Positions 19,674-29,645 are shown, counted from the first letter of the stretch. The stretch is 64,000 nt of DNA from Patescibacteria group bacterium (GCA_048499955.1 JASNYX010000005.1:27401-91400); one strand, 5' to 3'. The notes: generated by a model from the sequence alone, not told the origin. Numbers and translations: made by a program.

Positions 19674-20359
19674 CTGGATAAGCCTTTATCCTCTATAAAG
19701 CTCATTTTTAAATGTTTATCCAATGATCTTAAAGAGTCCGCAGCCTCGTTTAACTTGCCAACATTAAGAAACCTAGCATAAATGAGGAATTCAGCTTCAT
19801 CATTTGCCAAATCGGCTCTCTTAAGACTAATAAGATCTGAGTGTTTTTTTAGCAACGAGGTAATCTTGTTAAGATCAACCATCGACGGATTATTGGAATT
19901 TATGCTGACCAACATATTAAATTCATTTGATTTTGATTTTCTGAGAAATCCCCTTGTTACCAAATACAATGCTATTCCCAAAAACCCAAGCAAGGTTATT
20001 ACGCGTTGACCTGAACCAAAACCGAGCCCTACAGACATAGTTAAAAACAGAAAAGTAAGCTCCTCCGGCTCTTTGATAGCGGATCTAAATCTGACAATGG
20101 AAAGTGCTCCAACAAGGCCTAATGATAATGCCAGTGAAGTTTTCACCACAGTGATAATTAGCATTGTTGTAAGAGCTAAAATTACGAAGTTTGAAGAAAA
20201 CATCTTACGGTTAGAAATAGCACTACCGTAATGCCTATATATCAAAGAAATCACATATGCACAGAGACCGGCCAAAATAAAATCGATATAGAAATATTCG
20301 AAGTCGCTATATATGCTTTGGGTATTAAAGTACCTCTCGAGGTCTAGTAAATCTGACAT
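19670..20359 (-). CDS. DUF4956-like small membrane protein
   Basis: About 229 aa with 3-4 TM helices. It overlaps the CotH start by 4 nt. This family is known to co-occur with CotH and VTC genes. Confidence 0.45.
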   Translation of the reverse strand: MSDLLDLERYFNTQSIYSDFEYFYIDFILAGLCAYVISLIYRHYGSAISNRKMFSSNFVILALTTMLIITVVKTSLALSLGLVGALSIVRFRSAIKEPEELTFLFLTMSVGLGFGSGQRVITLLGFLGIALYLVTRGFLRKSKSNEFNMLVSINSNNPSMVDLNKITSLLKKHSDLISLKRADLANDEAEFLIYARFLNVGKLNEAADSLRSLDKHLKMSFIEDKGLSS

Positions 20360-20492
20360 TTACAAGAAATTTTAACAGTGAATAAGTGCTAAAGTCCAGT
20401 TTAAATTTGGGAAAAGACATTTGCGAAAACCTTCTCAAACTCCCCCGCTTAATTGTGTGGAGGGAATTCTTGAAGGTCTCGCTACGTGTTAG

Positions 20493-20753
20493 TTAGGACA
20501 AATGCTTTGAAACTAGTTTAGTCATTTCAAACATAGATACGGTTTCCTGACCGTCGAATACTTTTTTAAGTTTTTCGTCGGCGTTAATATTTCTCTTATT
20601 CTCCGGATCCTGTAAATCATTTGCTTTTATGTACACCCAAAGAGCTTTAGTAACTTCAGTTCTAGGCATGGGCCCTTTACCTACAACATCCTCAAGCTCG
20701 GGACTTAGGTTCATCGGTTTAGCTAATCCTTTTCCTTTATTGGAATCTTCCAT
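20493..20753 (-). CDS. SWIB/MDM2 domain protein
   Basis: 'LSPELEDVVGKGPMPRTEVTKALWVYIKANDLQDPENKRNINADEKLKKVF' matches the SWIB consensus. Confidence 0.75.
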   Translation of the reverse strand: MEDSNKGKGLAKPMNLSPELEDVVGKGPMPRTEVTKALWVYIKANDLQDPENKRNINADEKLKKVFDGQETVSMFEMTKLVSKHLS

Positions 20754-20868
20754 TAATTTTCACCACCTCACAAAATCAAACAGAATTAAATGATACTTCA
20801 TAATTTACTATCAATGAGACTCCTACCACAAGTAGATCTATCCATACGAAATTACAAATTACGACAAA

Positions 20869-21858
20869 TTACGGAATCATATCGTTATGATTTACGGTAT
20901 TAATGTGTATCGGCGTAACTAAATCAAGGTTTCTCTGTTCCAACAATTCGTCGAAAAAATCGCACCTGTCTACAGAATATGACCATGCTTCCCTGGTATC
21001 TGCGTTTGATGGAAATTCGAGTATAGACCGCCTGGTACGAATAAGCTCCTTAAGCCAAACTACCTCATCGACACCTTTAGCCGGTGACCCGCCCAGTTTC
21101 TTATTTATGGCTTCGATCATCATTGGTAACCCATCGGGGTCTTTAGGGCTGTTACCATGTTGAATTATTGTGTCATACATAAACGCTTTTGTGATGTTGT
21201 GTTTAATTCCAAGATTTTTGGCTGTACTCATTGCCGGATTATAAAATCGGGTGTCTCTTAAAGTATCTTGAATAGAACGAAATGCTCTGTCATATGAGGC
21301 TTTTTGCCATTCTCCGATAAAATCTTCAAGATCCTGAGTCTGAAGCTCACCTTTCTCCAATTTCCTCAAATTATTCAAATATTTTGTTATGGAACTAGTC
21401 GGGGCTATAGTGCTATAATTCCTAACGACCTCATAAATTTCGCCGTAGGCTGAGGTAAAACCCGCGATGCCGGCGGTAAAGCCCCTTCCATCGCCAATAT
21501 TTTCAATATAATCATATTGAGGCGTTATGGTGTCGTTTTCAAAAAGGCTAATTATTTGTTCAGCTATTTTCTTTTTAACTGGACTTAGCCCAACAACTAT
21601 AGGACTTGCACTTTCTGGCTTTAAACATTGAGAATCGGAAGAACAACTAACACTTTTAACGGTATAAACAGGCGAAAACATTTTTGTAGTAACAATAGAT
21701 ATCGAAACAACAGGATCCAATATTTCTTTGCCCCGATAAGTATCGGCAGATCTTTCGGTTCCAAAGTAGACATAGCAGACAGCGACAAACAGTAACAACA
21801 CTAACATAAAGAGATTGGTCTTAGGATATTTAGTAATATTGTTAATCACATCCATAGG
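20869..21858 (-). CDS. GH46 chitosanase with N-terminal signal anchor
   Basis: 'FENDTITPQYDYIENIGDGRGFTAGIAGF' parallels the Streptomyces chitosanase catalytic region 'ENSS...YIEDIGDGRGYTGGIIGF' (Glu and Asp conserved). Start chosen at the internal Met 'MDVINN' rather than the ORF-track start at 21969. Confidence 0.65.
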   Translation of the reverse strand, partial: PMDVINNITKYPKTNLFMLVLLLFVAVCYVYFGTERSADTYRGKEILDPVVSISIVTTKMFSPVYTVKSVSCSSDSQCLKPESASPIVVGLSPVKKKIAEQIISLFENDTITPQYDYIENIGDGRGFTAGIAGFTSAYGEIYEVVRNYSTIAPTSSITKYLNNLRKLEKGELQTQDLEDFIGEWQKASYDRAFRSIQDTLRDTRFYNPAMSTAKNLGIKHNITKAFMYDTIIQHGNSPKDPDGLPMMIEAINKKLGGSPAKGVDEVVWLKELIRTRRSILEFPSNADTREAWSYSVDRCDFFDELLEQRNLDLVTPIHINTVNHNDMIP

Positions 21859-21860
21859 TA

Positions 21861-24800
21861 ATGCCCAAAAATAGGAATAAAAATAAATTCTTAAAAAAGA
21901 ACACAGAAAGACAAAACACCCCCGAATCCGTAAACCAAGCGGAGGTAACCCTCGAAAATGCAACCACACTTCACAAGCCTATTTTTTATGACGAAACAAA
22001 ATTACGTTGGAAGATTTTTCTTACTTTCATAGCAGGGTTTATTTTGACCTTCGTAGGACTGCAGGTTATGACCGTCAGATCCATTCTCAATCAATCTAAC
22101 ACGTTTTCTCCTCCAAAAACTTTTCAACCGTTAGTAGCAGATGTAGCACAGAGTATTGCTTCTCAAATCGACCAGATCGCTACAACTTCGAATAAAGTGG
22201 TACCAATCGAAAATCTAAAACGCATTGGATTTTATGTAACATGGGACGAAACCAGTTTTAAATCACTGGAACAGCATATTCACGAACTTGACGTGGTAAT
22301 GCCTGAATGGCTCGTATTATCTTCCCTAGAAGGCAGCTATAGGCAACTTGACTGGAAAGACGAAGAATCGGTACGTAATTTTATCCGATTCACCAAACCC
22401 GACACTAAGATTATTCCGTTAATAAATAACTTTAATTCAGAGAAACATGATTATGATGCTGAACTATTAGCAGGAATGCTCAAGAATCCGCAGTCTAGAG
22501 CCAATCTGATCGGAGCATTAACTTGGTATGTAAATGAAAACCGGTATGACGGAATAAATATCGACTTTGAGAATGTGCCGCAAACTTCTCAAAAAAACCT
22601 GGAATTATTTATGTCTGAACTCAATACCGAGTTTAAAAAACATGATCTCATCGTTTCACAATCTCTTCCATTAAATAATCCTCAATTTAACTATGCTACT
22701 TACTCAAGATACAACGATTATATTGTGTTAATGGCATACGATTACAACTGGTTAACCGGAAATCCGGGGCCAATCGCACCCCAAAACTGGATAAACGATT
22801 CATTGAATTCAGTATTAAGATATATTCCTAAAGAAAAACTTATATTGTCCATCGGAAACTATGCATATGATTGGAACTTAACTACAAAACAACCTGCATG
22901 GAGTATGAGTTTCGAAAATACAATGTTTACAGCTGCAAGGCATCAAGCCAAGATTGAAATGGATAAAAGCAGTCTAAATCCCTTTTATAACTATAAAGAT
23001 AGTTCCGGTAACGAACATATTGTTTGGTACCTTGATTCAATCACTGCATTTAATCAAATTGTCGCGGGTGCCAATAAGCAGATCGCAGGTGTAGCACTAT
23101 GGAGATTAGGCTCCGAGGATACCGGATTCTGGAAGATTTTTGAATCAAAAAACAATGCATACTACTCTTTGGAAAATTTGCAAAATATCGTAAACGGATA
23201 TTCAGTCAGCTCTTCAGGTGAAGGAGAAGTATTAAGAGTAATCTCGAGTCCAAGAGCGGGTTTAAGAAGAATACAGATAGACCCAGTCTCAGGTTACATT
23301 AACTCACAAAGCATTAGCTCCTACCCTTCCTCTTATACTGTGGAAAGATCAGGAAGAGCAGCCGGTCAGAAGAAAATTGCACTAACTTTTGATGACGGAC
23401 CAAGCCCCGAACACACAATGCAAATACTTGATATTCTCGATCAATACGGAGCTAAAGGAACATTCTTTATCATTGGAAGCCAAGCAAACATATATCCCGA
23501 CATCATAAAATCGATTGTAGAAAGAGGACACGAAATCGGCAACCATACTTATCTGCATCCGAACATAAGCTTAATCTCAAAAGAGCAAATTAATCTTGAG
23601 TTAAAAACTACTCAGAAAGTCATCGAAAGCTTCACAGGCAGACAAACTTTATTATTCAGACCACCATATGGCGGAGGCTTTGTGAATTTTGATCATCCCG
23701 AGATGATGCAACCTATGGCCGATATTGGCGAAAAAGGATTCTATTTTGTCGGCATAGACATCGATCCCAAAGACTGGAGACGTGTCAGTTCAAATGAAAT
23801 CTCCGGTAAAATTATTAGTGATGTGTATTCAGGAAAAGGTCCGGTTGTATTGCTCCATGATGGAGGCGGAAACAGAACTAACACCGTAGAAGCACTTCCG
23901 AGAATACTTGAAGAACTTACCGGTGCCGGATATACATTTACCGGAATGTCAGACGTAATGGGACTTTCGAGGGATATAGTAATGCCGGAAACAAAAAAAG
24001 GAAGCTTCTCATTCGACAGCTGGGGCTTTAGATCCTTGAGTATAACTGCAGGTTTTATTAGATGGGCATTTTGGATCGGTATTTTTATAGGTTTCCTTCG
24101 ACTTGTTCTCATAATCATTTTGGCGTTGACTCAAAAATTTTCTAGGGCGAAGAAGTTACCCAAAGAAACATCTAGACGCAAACTTAATGCATTTCTTCCG
24201 AAAGTGAGCGTTATTGTTCCTGCATGGAACGAAGAAAAAGTTATTATAAAAACTATTAAAGAGCTATTACGATCCAAGTATAAAAACTTTGAGGTCTTAT
24301 TTGTTGATGACGGCTCAAAAGACAACACATATCAAATCGTGCTAGATAAATATAAAGATAACCCTCAAGTGAAAATTTTCACGAAAAAAAATGGAGGTAA
24401 ATCGAGTGCTATTAACTTCGGAATTGATCAAAGCGATGCGGAAATCGTTATTGTTCAGGACGCTGATACACTTTTAGATCCCAAAGCAATCTTTAATCTG
24501 ACTAGACATTTCATAGACGAAAAAGTCGGAGCCGTGGCAGGAAATGTAAAGGTCGGAAATCGAATTAGTATGCTCACAAAATTCCAAGCTTTAGAATATA
24601 TAATCAGCCAAAACCTCGACAAGCGTGCCTTCAATTTAGTGAATGGCATATCGGTAGTACCGGGAGCAATTGGTGCATGGAAAAGAGATTTAGTGCTTAA
24701 GGCAGGCGGGTTCAAATCTGATACTTTAGCTGAGGATGCGGAACTAACCTTAAAGATTCTTGAGATGGGATATAAAGTCGAGTATGAGGAGCAAGCCATT

Positions 24801-25322
24801 GCTTTCACGGAAGCTCCGGATAATATGAAAGATTTCATCAAACAACGATTTCGATGGATGTTTGGGACCTTACAGTCTACATGGAAATATTTTAAACACA
24901 TTTTTAGCCATAAGCATAAGTCGTTAGGCTTTTTCGTGATTCCCAATGTGCTGGTTTTTCAGATTATATTCCCTTTGATCGCACCTTTTATGGATATTTT
25001 TACGGTTGTATTTTTATCGATCGCACTTTGGCAAAAAGCAATACACCAAGATGTATCATTTGATTCAGCTAACCAAGTAATCACTTTTTATTTATTATTT
25101 GCATTAGTCGATATTTTAGTAGCTTTTATTGCGTTTATGCTCGAGCGTAAAGAGGATAAAAAGTTAATCATATTCTTACCTTGGCAGCGAATTGTCTACA
25201 AATACTTGATGTACGTATTATCGCTAAAAGTCTTTTTTACAGCATTAAAAGGTCCTCGTGTAGAATGGGAAACGAAAGACCGTAAAGCCACGGTTAACTT
25301 TCTCGCAGTAATCGGACGTTAG
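21861..25322 (+). CDS. tri-domain membrane protein: GH18-like domain + CE4 (NodB) polysaccharide deacetylase + GT2 processive glycosyltransferase
   Basis: GH18 motif 'DGINIDFE' (the middle Asp of DxxDxDxE is Asn). CE4 motifs 'TFDDGP' and 'HEIGNHTYLHP'. GT2 motifs 'VLFVDDGSKDNT', 'VQDADT', 'AEDAELT', 'QRFRW'. C-terminal TM helices. Confidence 0.75.
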   Translation: MPKNRNKNKFLKKNTERQNTPESVNQAEVTLENATTLHKPIFYDETKLRWKIFLTFIAGFILTFVGLQVMTVRSILNQSNTFSPPKTFQPLVADVAQSIASQIDQIATTSNKVVPIENLKRIGFYVTWDETSFKSLEQHIHELDVVMPEWLVLSSLEGSYRQLDWKDEESVRNFIRFTKPDTKIIPLINNFNSEKHDYDAELLAGMLKNPQSRANLIGALTWYVNENRYDGINIDFENVPQTSQKNLELFMSELNTEFKKHDLIVSQSLPLNNPQFNYATYSRYNDYIVLMAYDYNWLTGNPGPIAPQNWINDSLNSVLRYIPKEKLILSIGNYAYDWNLTTKQPAWSMSFENTMFTAARHQAKIEMDKSSLNPFYNYKDSSGNEHIVWYLDSITAFNQIVAGANKQIAGVALWRLGSEDTGFWKIFESKNNAYYSLENLQNIVNGYSVSSSGEGEVLRVISSPRAGLRRIQIDPVSGYINSQSISSYPSSYTVERSGRAAGQKKIALTFDDGPSPEHTMQILDILDQYGAKGTFFIIGSQANIYPDIIKSIVERGHEIGNHTYLHPNISLISKEQINLELKTTQKVIESFTGRQTLLFRPPYGGGFVNFDHPEMMQPMADIGEKGFYFVGIDIDPKDWRRVSSNEISGKIISDVYSGKGPVVLLHDGGGNRTNTVEALPRILEELTGAGYTFTGMSDVMGLSRDIVMPETKKGSFSFDSWGFRSLSITAGFIRWAFWIGIFIGFLRLVLIIILALTQKFSRAKKLPKETSRRKLNAFLPKVSVIVPAWNEEKVIIKTIKELLRSKYKNFEVLFVDDGSKDNTYQIVLDKYKDNPQVKIFTKKNGGKSSAINFGIDQSDAEIVIVQDADTLLDPKAIFNLTRHFIDEKVGAVAGNVKVGNRISMLTKFQALEYIISQNLDKRAFNLVNGISVVPGAIGAWKRDLVLKAGGFKSDTLAEDAELTLKILEMGYKVEYEEQAIAFTEAPDNMKDFIKQRFRWMFGTLQSTWKYFKHIFSHKHKSLGFFVIPNVLVFQIIFPLIAPFMDIFTVVFLSIALWQKAIHQDVSFDSANQVITFYLLFALVDILVAFIAFMLERKEDKKLIIFLPWQRIVYKYLMYVLSLKVFFTALKGPRVEWETKDRKATVNFLAVIGR

Positions 25323-25408
25323 AATCGATCTGAAAACCTCGAGAACCTTCATAATTACAACGGATCTAAAGCTTTCCTAAGTGAGCTTGGGGCACGGAAA
25401 GGTATCTA

Positions 25409-26620
25409 ATGCTCATAATTAATGTTTTATTGCTTTTCTCAATTATCAAGACATTTATTAGAGATAAATATTTTTCAATTCTGGGAACATTAATTTATAC
25501 ATTATCACCACTAACTATTTACTATGGGACAAGAATTCTTCTAGATAATATAATGGTACTTTTTACCCTATTCAGTTCTTTTATATATATAAAGATAAAG
25601 AATAAAAAATTAGGATTACTATTAAGCGGAATACTGATGGGTATTGCCATACTCATCAAAGAAAATACCGTCTTCTACGTTTTACCTATGCTTGGGATCA
25701 TTTTCTGGAACGATAAAGATGAAATTTATAAGGCAATAAAATCTTCTCTAATTTGGACATTATCACTGGGTTTGGCGGTGATAAACTACCCATTATTAGC
25801 CTACTATCGTGGGGAATTATTCCCGACTGATTATTTTGAAGGAGAAGAGTACCCGAGTTTAATCTCAACCATTATTTTCCAATCACAAAGAGGCAAATCC
25901 GAAGTATTTAGCTTTGATGAAAACCCATTTTGGGAAACGATTAGTTTCTGGACAAAAGAAGACCCCGTTTTAGTAATTGGTGGAATAATATTTACTTTAT
26001 GCAACTTATTTATTGGTGTGACCAGCAAAAGCTTTACCTTATTAATGCTGTTTCTTTTCGTAATGATACAATTCTTGTTTTTTATGAGAGGTGGAATTGT
26101 TTTCCCATTTTATATCCTACCTGTACTTCCGTTTCTGGCCATAAATCTGGCATATTCATTAAGCATAATTAATTTTCTACAGAATAAGTATATGAAGATT
26201 TCGGTAATGCTGATTCTTTTAGCATTCAGTATGTATTCAATATTGTCTGTACAAGGTGGAAATCCATTTACTTCAAAGCAAACCGAAGCTCAAATACAAT
26301 CGATAAACTGGATAAACGAAAACAATCATAGTGAAATCGTTATTGTGGGTGATAGTTATCTTAAAGGTGAATTCTATAACAAACCGGGATATACAGTATA
26401 TTCGCACTTTGATGCTGAATTCGATCAAACCTTGGTTGACTGTTACAAAACAGTGGAACAAAAAATAGATTTATTCGTAAGCACTACACAAGTTGAACTT
26501 GATGCAGAAAAGCTCCCATTTATTAAGTCGCTACCGAGTAGTTTTATTGTAATTAAAAACTTTGAATCCGAAAATTGGGACGTACAAATCTCTGCTCCAT
26601 TACAAAATCTCGTAAAATAA
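25409..26620 (+). CDS. polytopic membrane protein, possibly GT-C-fold fragment
   Basis: Multiple TM helices and loose similarity to 57100..58704. Lacks the N-terminal catalytic loop. Confidence 0.3.
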   Translation: MLIINVLLLFSIIKTFIRDKYFSILGTLIYTLSPLTIYYGTRILLDNIMVLFTLFSSFIYIKIKNKKLGLLLSGILMGIAILIKENTVFYVLPMLGIIFWNDKDEIYKAIKSSLIWTLSLGLAVINYPLLAYYRGELFPTDYFEGEEYPSLISTIIFQSQRGKSEVFSFDENPFWETISFWTKEDPVLVIGGIIFTLCNLFIGVTSKSFTLLMLFLFVMIQFLFFMRGGIVFPFYILPVLPFLAINLAYSLSIINFLQNKYMKISVMLILLAFSMYSILSVQGGNPFTSKQTEAQIQSINWINENNHSEIVIVGDSYLKGEFYNKPGYTVYSHFDAEFDQTLVDCYKTVEQKIDLFVSTTQVELDAEKLPFIKSLPSSFIVIKNFESENWDVQISAPLQNLVK

Positions 26621-26671
26621 CTACCAAAAACCATTGACGAACCGCGACTATAGTGTTTATATACCTGCATT

Positions 26672-28408
26672 ATGGATAACTTCCCAACCGAAGACTTTCA
26701 AGAACCAGAAGATCTGATAGAACCAGTATTAAATGATGCAGATCAAACACCAGAAATCCTTCAACAACAAATGTCACGTCGGCAATTTTTACGACTTTCA
26801 ACATCCTGTGCGGCAACAGGTATGCTACTTGCTCAAGCTTCAACTGCAGCAGCGGCTCCGGAAACCCCTACAAGTCCGGAACTAAATAATAAACTACTTC
26901 TTCCTGTCGTATCATCGCCTCAGCCCTTAGAGGCTGTAAACCCCCTTGAACATGAAAGAATCAGACTATTAGGGAGATTGAGAACGAATATGGGTCTAAC
27001 AGCCCTAAGCGATGTTGAGCTGCTACCCGAACTAGATAATTTAGATAACATATTTGGTGAAGGTACAAATCTAGGCATATTGCAACAAATAGGATTACAC
27101 CTCGAAATTATAGAAGACTTCTTTCGTGATGCTTCTGCCGAAATTAATGGAAATCACCCAAGAAACCCAACATTAAGAGAATTACGTTTAATACGAATAT
27201 CTGCGGGAACGGAATTAAACCAAGTTGCAACTGTTGTATTTCCTAGTGGAGAAGTGACAAGAACATTATCATTCAATCTCATATTTCCGGATCTAACAGA
27301 TCGGATAGCAACTCTGGCACATGAAGTTTTCCACTTGGTAGAAAATTCCCGTAGAACAGCAGATAACAATGTTTTCGTTACCTATATGGAAATTAGTGCA
27401 TATGTACATGCAAGATTAGCACTAAATCATATCCTATCGGGTGCAACAAACATCGATAAAGAACGACAAACAAATTTACTTGAACATCCTGTTATGGATG
27501 CTGATAGACCTAATATTGCCAACGATTGGTATGTGTACTATTTAGCTTATGCCCGTAAAAAACCATTTGAATCGCATAACGGAATTGATGTATCAATTAT
27601 TCATAGCGCTGCCAGGTATGCCGCAAGAGGAATTGTTAGAGAAGTAGGTGCCAATACTCATGGTGCTAATTTTTATCGTTACATGGCCGGATATGAAGAC
27701 TCTTCAAATACCGTCGCTAACAAAATGAGGGCACTAGTAGCAAATCAACGTATACCAAGCCTTGAACCGGGTGAATTCCCGGAAAAACAAACCGGAATAA
27801 TACAGGTCACCATGAGGACGACCCCAATTGTAATTACTGATATGTTACACATTGGAACACTAAAAACTTCAGAATCCGGTGAAATAACGGGATCCTCACT
27901 TTGTGAAAATGCTGAAGTTGCCGACAAAATGGACTTTATGATTAAGTGGGTAAGCCCACAGGGTGAAATCAAGTATGTAAAATTTCAACCTTTCGGTGTA
28001 TCTCATGCCGGAGGGGATCCTGAATATGGTGGAGCATACGTGTACTTACCCAGAAGCGTAAGCTTTGAACATAATGGAGAAACGGTAGAAGCTCTGATCA
28101 GAGATTGCGAAATTCAAATATTTTCAAGCTTAGGAGAAGTGGGTGGAACCAGAAGGTATGCCATGTATTCAGTTAGATCGACATCAACAAATGCTACCTC
28201 TAACAATCTGAACGCTGAAACGAAAACACAAATCGCTGGAATGAGTTTAAATTCTATGCTAAGTATGTCGGGGATAAATATTGATGAAGCTGAATTTAAT
28301 AGACTTGAAAACTCATTTTCTTCTGAAAATGCGAATACCTTCAATGCAGTGGCACAAAGCGTTTTAACTCGTAAAGAGTTTGAAGAGAAATACAAAGATT
28401 ATATATAA
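26672..28408 (+). CDS. twin-arginine (Tat) signal secreted protein with HExxH zinc-metallopeptidase motif
   Basis: 'SRRQFLRLS' is a near-consensus Tat motif followed by a hydrophobic region and 'AAAAP'. 'LAHEVFHLVE' is an HExxH motif. The real start may be the Met at 26771. Codon usage looks GC-enriched. Confidence 0.5.
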   Translation: MDNFPTEDFQEPEDLIEPVLNDADQTPEILQQQMSRRQFLRLSTSCAATGMLLAQASTAAAAPETPTSPELNNKLLLPVVSSPQPLEAVNPLEHERIRLLGRLRTNMGLTALSDVELLPELDNLDNIFGEGTNLGILQQIGLHLEIIEDFFRDASAEINGNHPRNPTLRELRLIRISAGTELNQVATVVFPSGEVTRTLSFNLIFPDLTDRIATLAHEVFHLVENSRRTADNNVFVTYMEISAYVHARLALNHILSGATNIDKERQTNLLEHPVMDADRPNIANDWYVYYLAYARKKPFESHNGIDVSIIHSAARYAARGIVREVGANTHGANFYRYMAGYEDSSNTVANKMRALVANQRIPSLEPGEFPEKQTGIIQVTMRTTPIVITDMLHIGTLKTSESGEITGSSLCENAEVADKMDFMIKWVSPQGEIKYVKFQPFGVSHAGGDPEYGGAYVYLPRSVSFEHNGETVEALIRDCEIQIFSSLGEVGGTRRYAMYSVRSTSTNATSNNLNAETKTQIAGMSLNSMLSMSGINIDEAEFNRLENSFSSENANTFNAVAQSVLTRKEFEEKYKDYI

Positions 28409-28596
28409 CCTCCTGATGTATAAAGCCTTTTAGCGGTTTGGTCGTTAACACGAAGTAGTGTAAACGATTTGCGTCTGTAATCAAAAAAAGCTATTCTTAG
28501 TTTGATGTTTATCCAACACAATAGTAAAACTATCAAACTTAAGCAACGTTGTGAGTTGCATAACACAAGTTTCTCTGCGAAGGATAAACTACACCG

Positions 28597-28621
28597 ACCG
28601 GGATCATGACCCGGTTTTTTT
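28597..28621 (+). terminator. rho-independent terminator after 26672..28408
   Basis: ACCGGG-atcatga-CCCGGT followed by TTTTTT. Confidence 0.55.
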
Positions 28622-28692
28622 GTGCCTATTTTCACGAATTCGGGGCATAATTTGTCGTCGAATTCAAAAGCAAATTAAAGGGGGTGAAAATT

Positions 28693-29556
28693 ATGAACAT
28701 ATTATCAAAAATTCCCACAACTTTACTTGGAACTATAGGTGTACTGACACTAACCGTGTCTTTGGTTCATGCGGCTAACTCTACAGTAGTTGTTACTCCA
28801 AATGATCTCGAGGACTCTAAAGTGGAAGCCTATTTTAATGACAGTTGGTTTCTTTATAACGACGAAACCGACACAGTAGATAATACTTTGGGAACATTTG
28901 TAACAGGGCCTGAAACTGCTCCTTTAGGAGTCGGAAGCGTGCAAATGAGTGTTTCCGGATCACAACGTCGGAACATAGCAACTTATCGATTTAAAGGAAC
29001 ACCTCTAGCTGACATCACGACTTTAAGATACAGCACATATAATCCGTCTGTAGGAAATGGTGGAAGTGCAAATAGATCCGGATACCTACACTTTAATGTA
29101 GATTTCGACGGAAGTGATCTTTGGCAAAGGAGGCTCGTTTATGTGCCTAACCTAAATGGCACTGTACAACAGGATACCTGGCAGGAATGGGACACATTAA
29201 ACGGCGGAGATGCCCTATGGCAATTTTCCGGACCTACCTGGCCTGTTACCGGCGAATCGGGATTTACTCCAAAAACATGGAATCAGATTCTGGCTGATTA
29301 CCCCGGAGTACGAATCCGAGTTAGCGATTCTTTCTTAGGCGTACGAGTCGGAGAACCCTATCCGAATGGATACACTGAAAACGTGGATGCATTCAAATTC
29401 GGAACCGCATCAGGCACGACTACATTTGATTTCGAGCCTTTAGTTGGCCCACCAACAAGCAAGGATCAATGTAAAAATGGAGGTTGGATGACATTTAATA
29501 ATCCTACCTTTAAAAATCAAGGTGCTTGCGTAAGTTATGCAGCTACCAAGAAATAG
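28693..29556 (+). CDS. secreted hypothetical protein (signal peptide)
   Basis: SD 'AAAGGGGGTG' lies upstream and ATG at 28693 is preferred over GTG at 28684. Signal peptide '...LTVSLVHAANS'. GC-enriched. Confidence 0.5.
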   Translation: MNILSKIPTTLLGTIGVLTLTVSLVHAANSTVVVTPNDLEDSKVEAYFNDSWFLYNDETDTVDNTLGTFVTGPETAPLGVGSVQMSVSGSQRRNIATYRFKGTPLADITTLRYSTYNPSVGNGGSANRSGYLHFNVDFDGSDLWQRRLVYVPNLNGTVQQDTWQEWDTLNGGDALWQFSGPTWPVTGESGFTPKTWNQILADYPGVRIRVSDSFLGVRVGEPYPNGYTENVDAFKFGTASGTTTFDFEPLVGPPTSKDQCKNGGWMTFNNPTFKNQGACVSYAATKK

Positions 29557-29582
29557 AGATAAATAAACATTTCGAAATGTAT

Positions 29583-29614
29583 GCCGTCCCTAAATTAGGG
29601 ACGGCTTTTTATTT
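29583..29614 (+). terminator. rho-independent terminator
   Basis: Perfect 10-bp inverted repeat GCCGTCCCTA / TAGGGACGGC followed by TTTTTATTT. Confidence 0.7.
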
Positions 29615-29645
29615 CAACTAGACTTAGCAAACCTACATTGCTAGC

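Noticed and set aside
21859-21969. ORF-track N-terminal extension of the GH46 gene (start at 21969) overlapping the opposite-strand gene
   Set aside because: The extension is the reverse-strand translation of the K/N-rich N-terminus of 21861..25322. The internal Met 'MDVINN...' gives a normal n-region plus hydrophobic signal anchor, so it is preferred.
23741-24946. Antisense ORFs inside the tri-domain GT gene (23741..24118, 24131..24328, 24455..24946), and similar antisense ORFs inside the Cgs-like gene (for example 48317..48535 and 54191..54890)
   Set aside because: They are embedded antisense to well-supported coding sequences, have no motifs and are compositionally biased. These are spurious frame-shadow ORFs.
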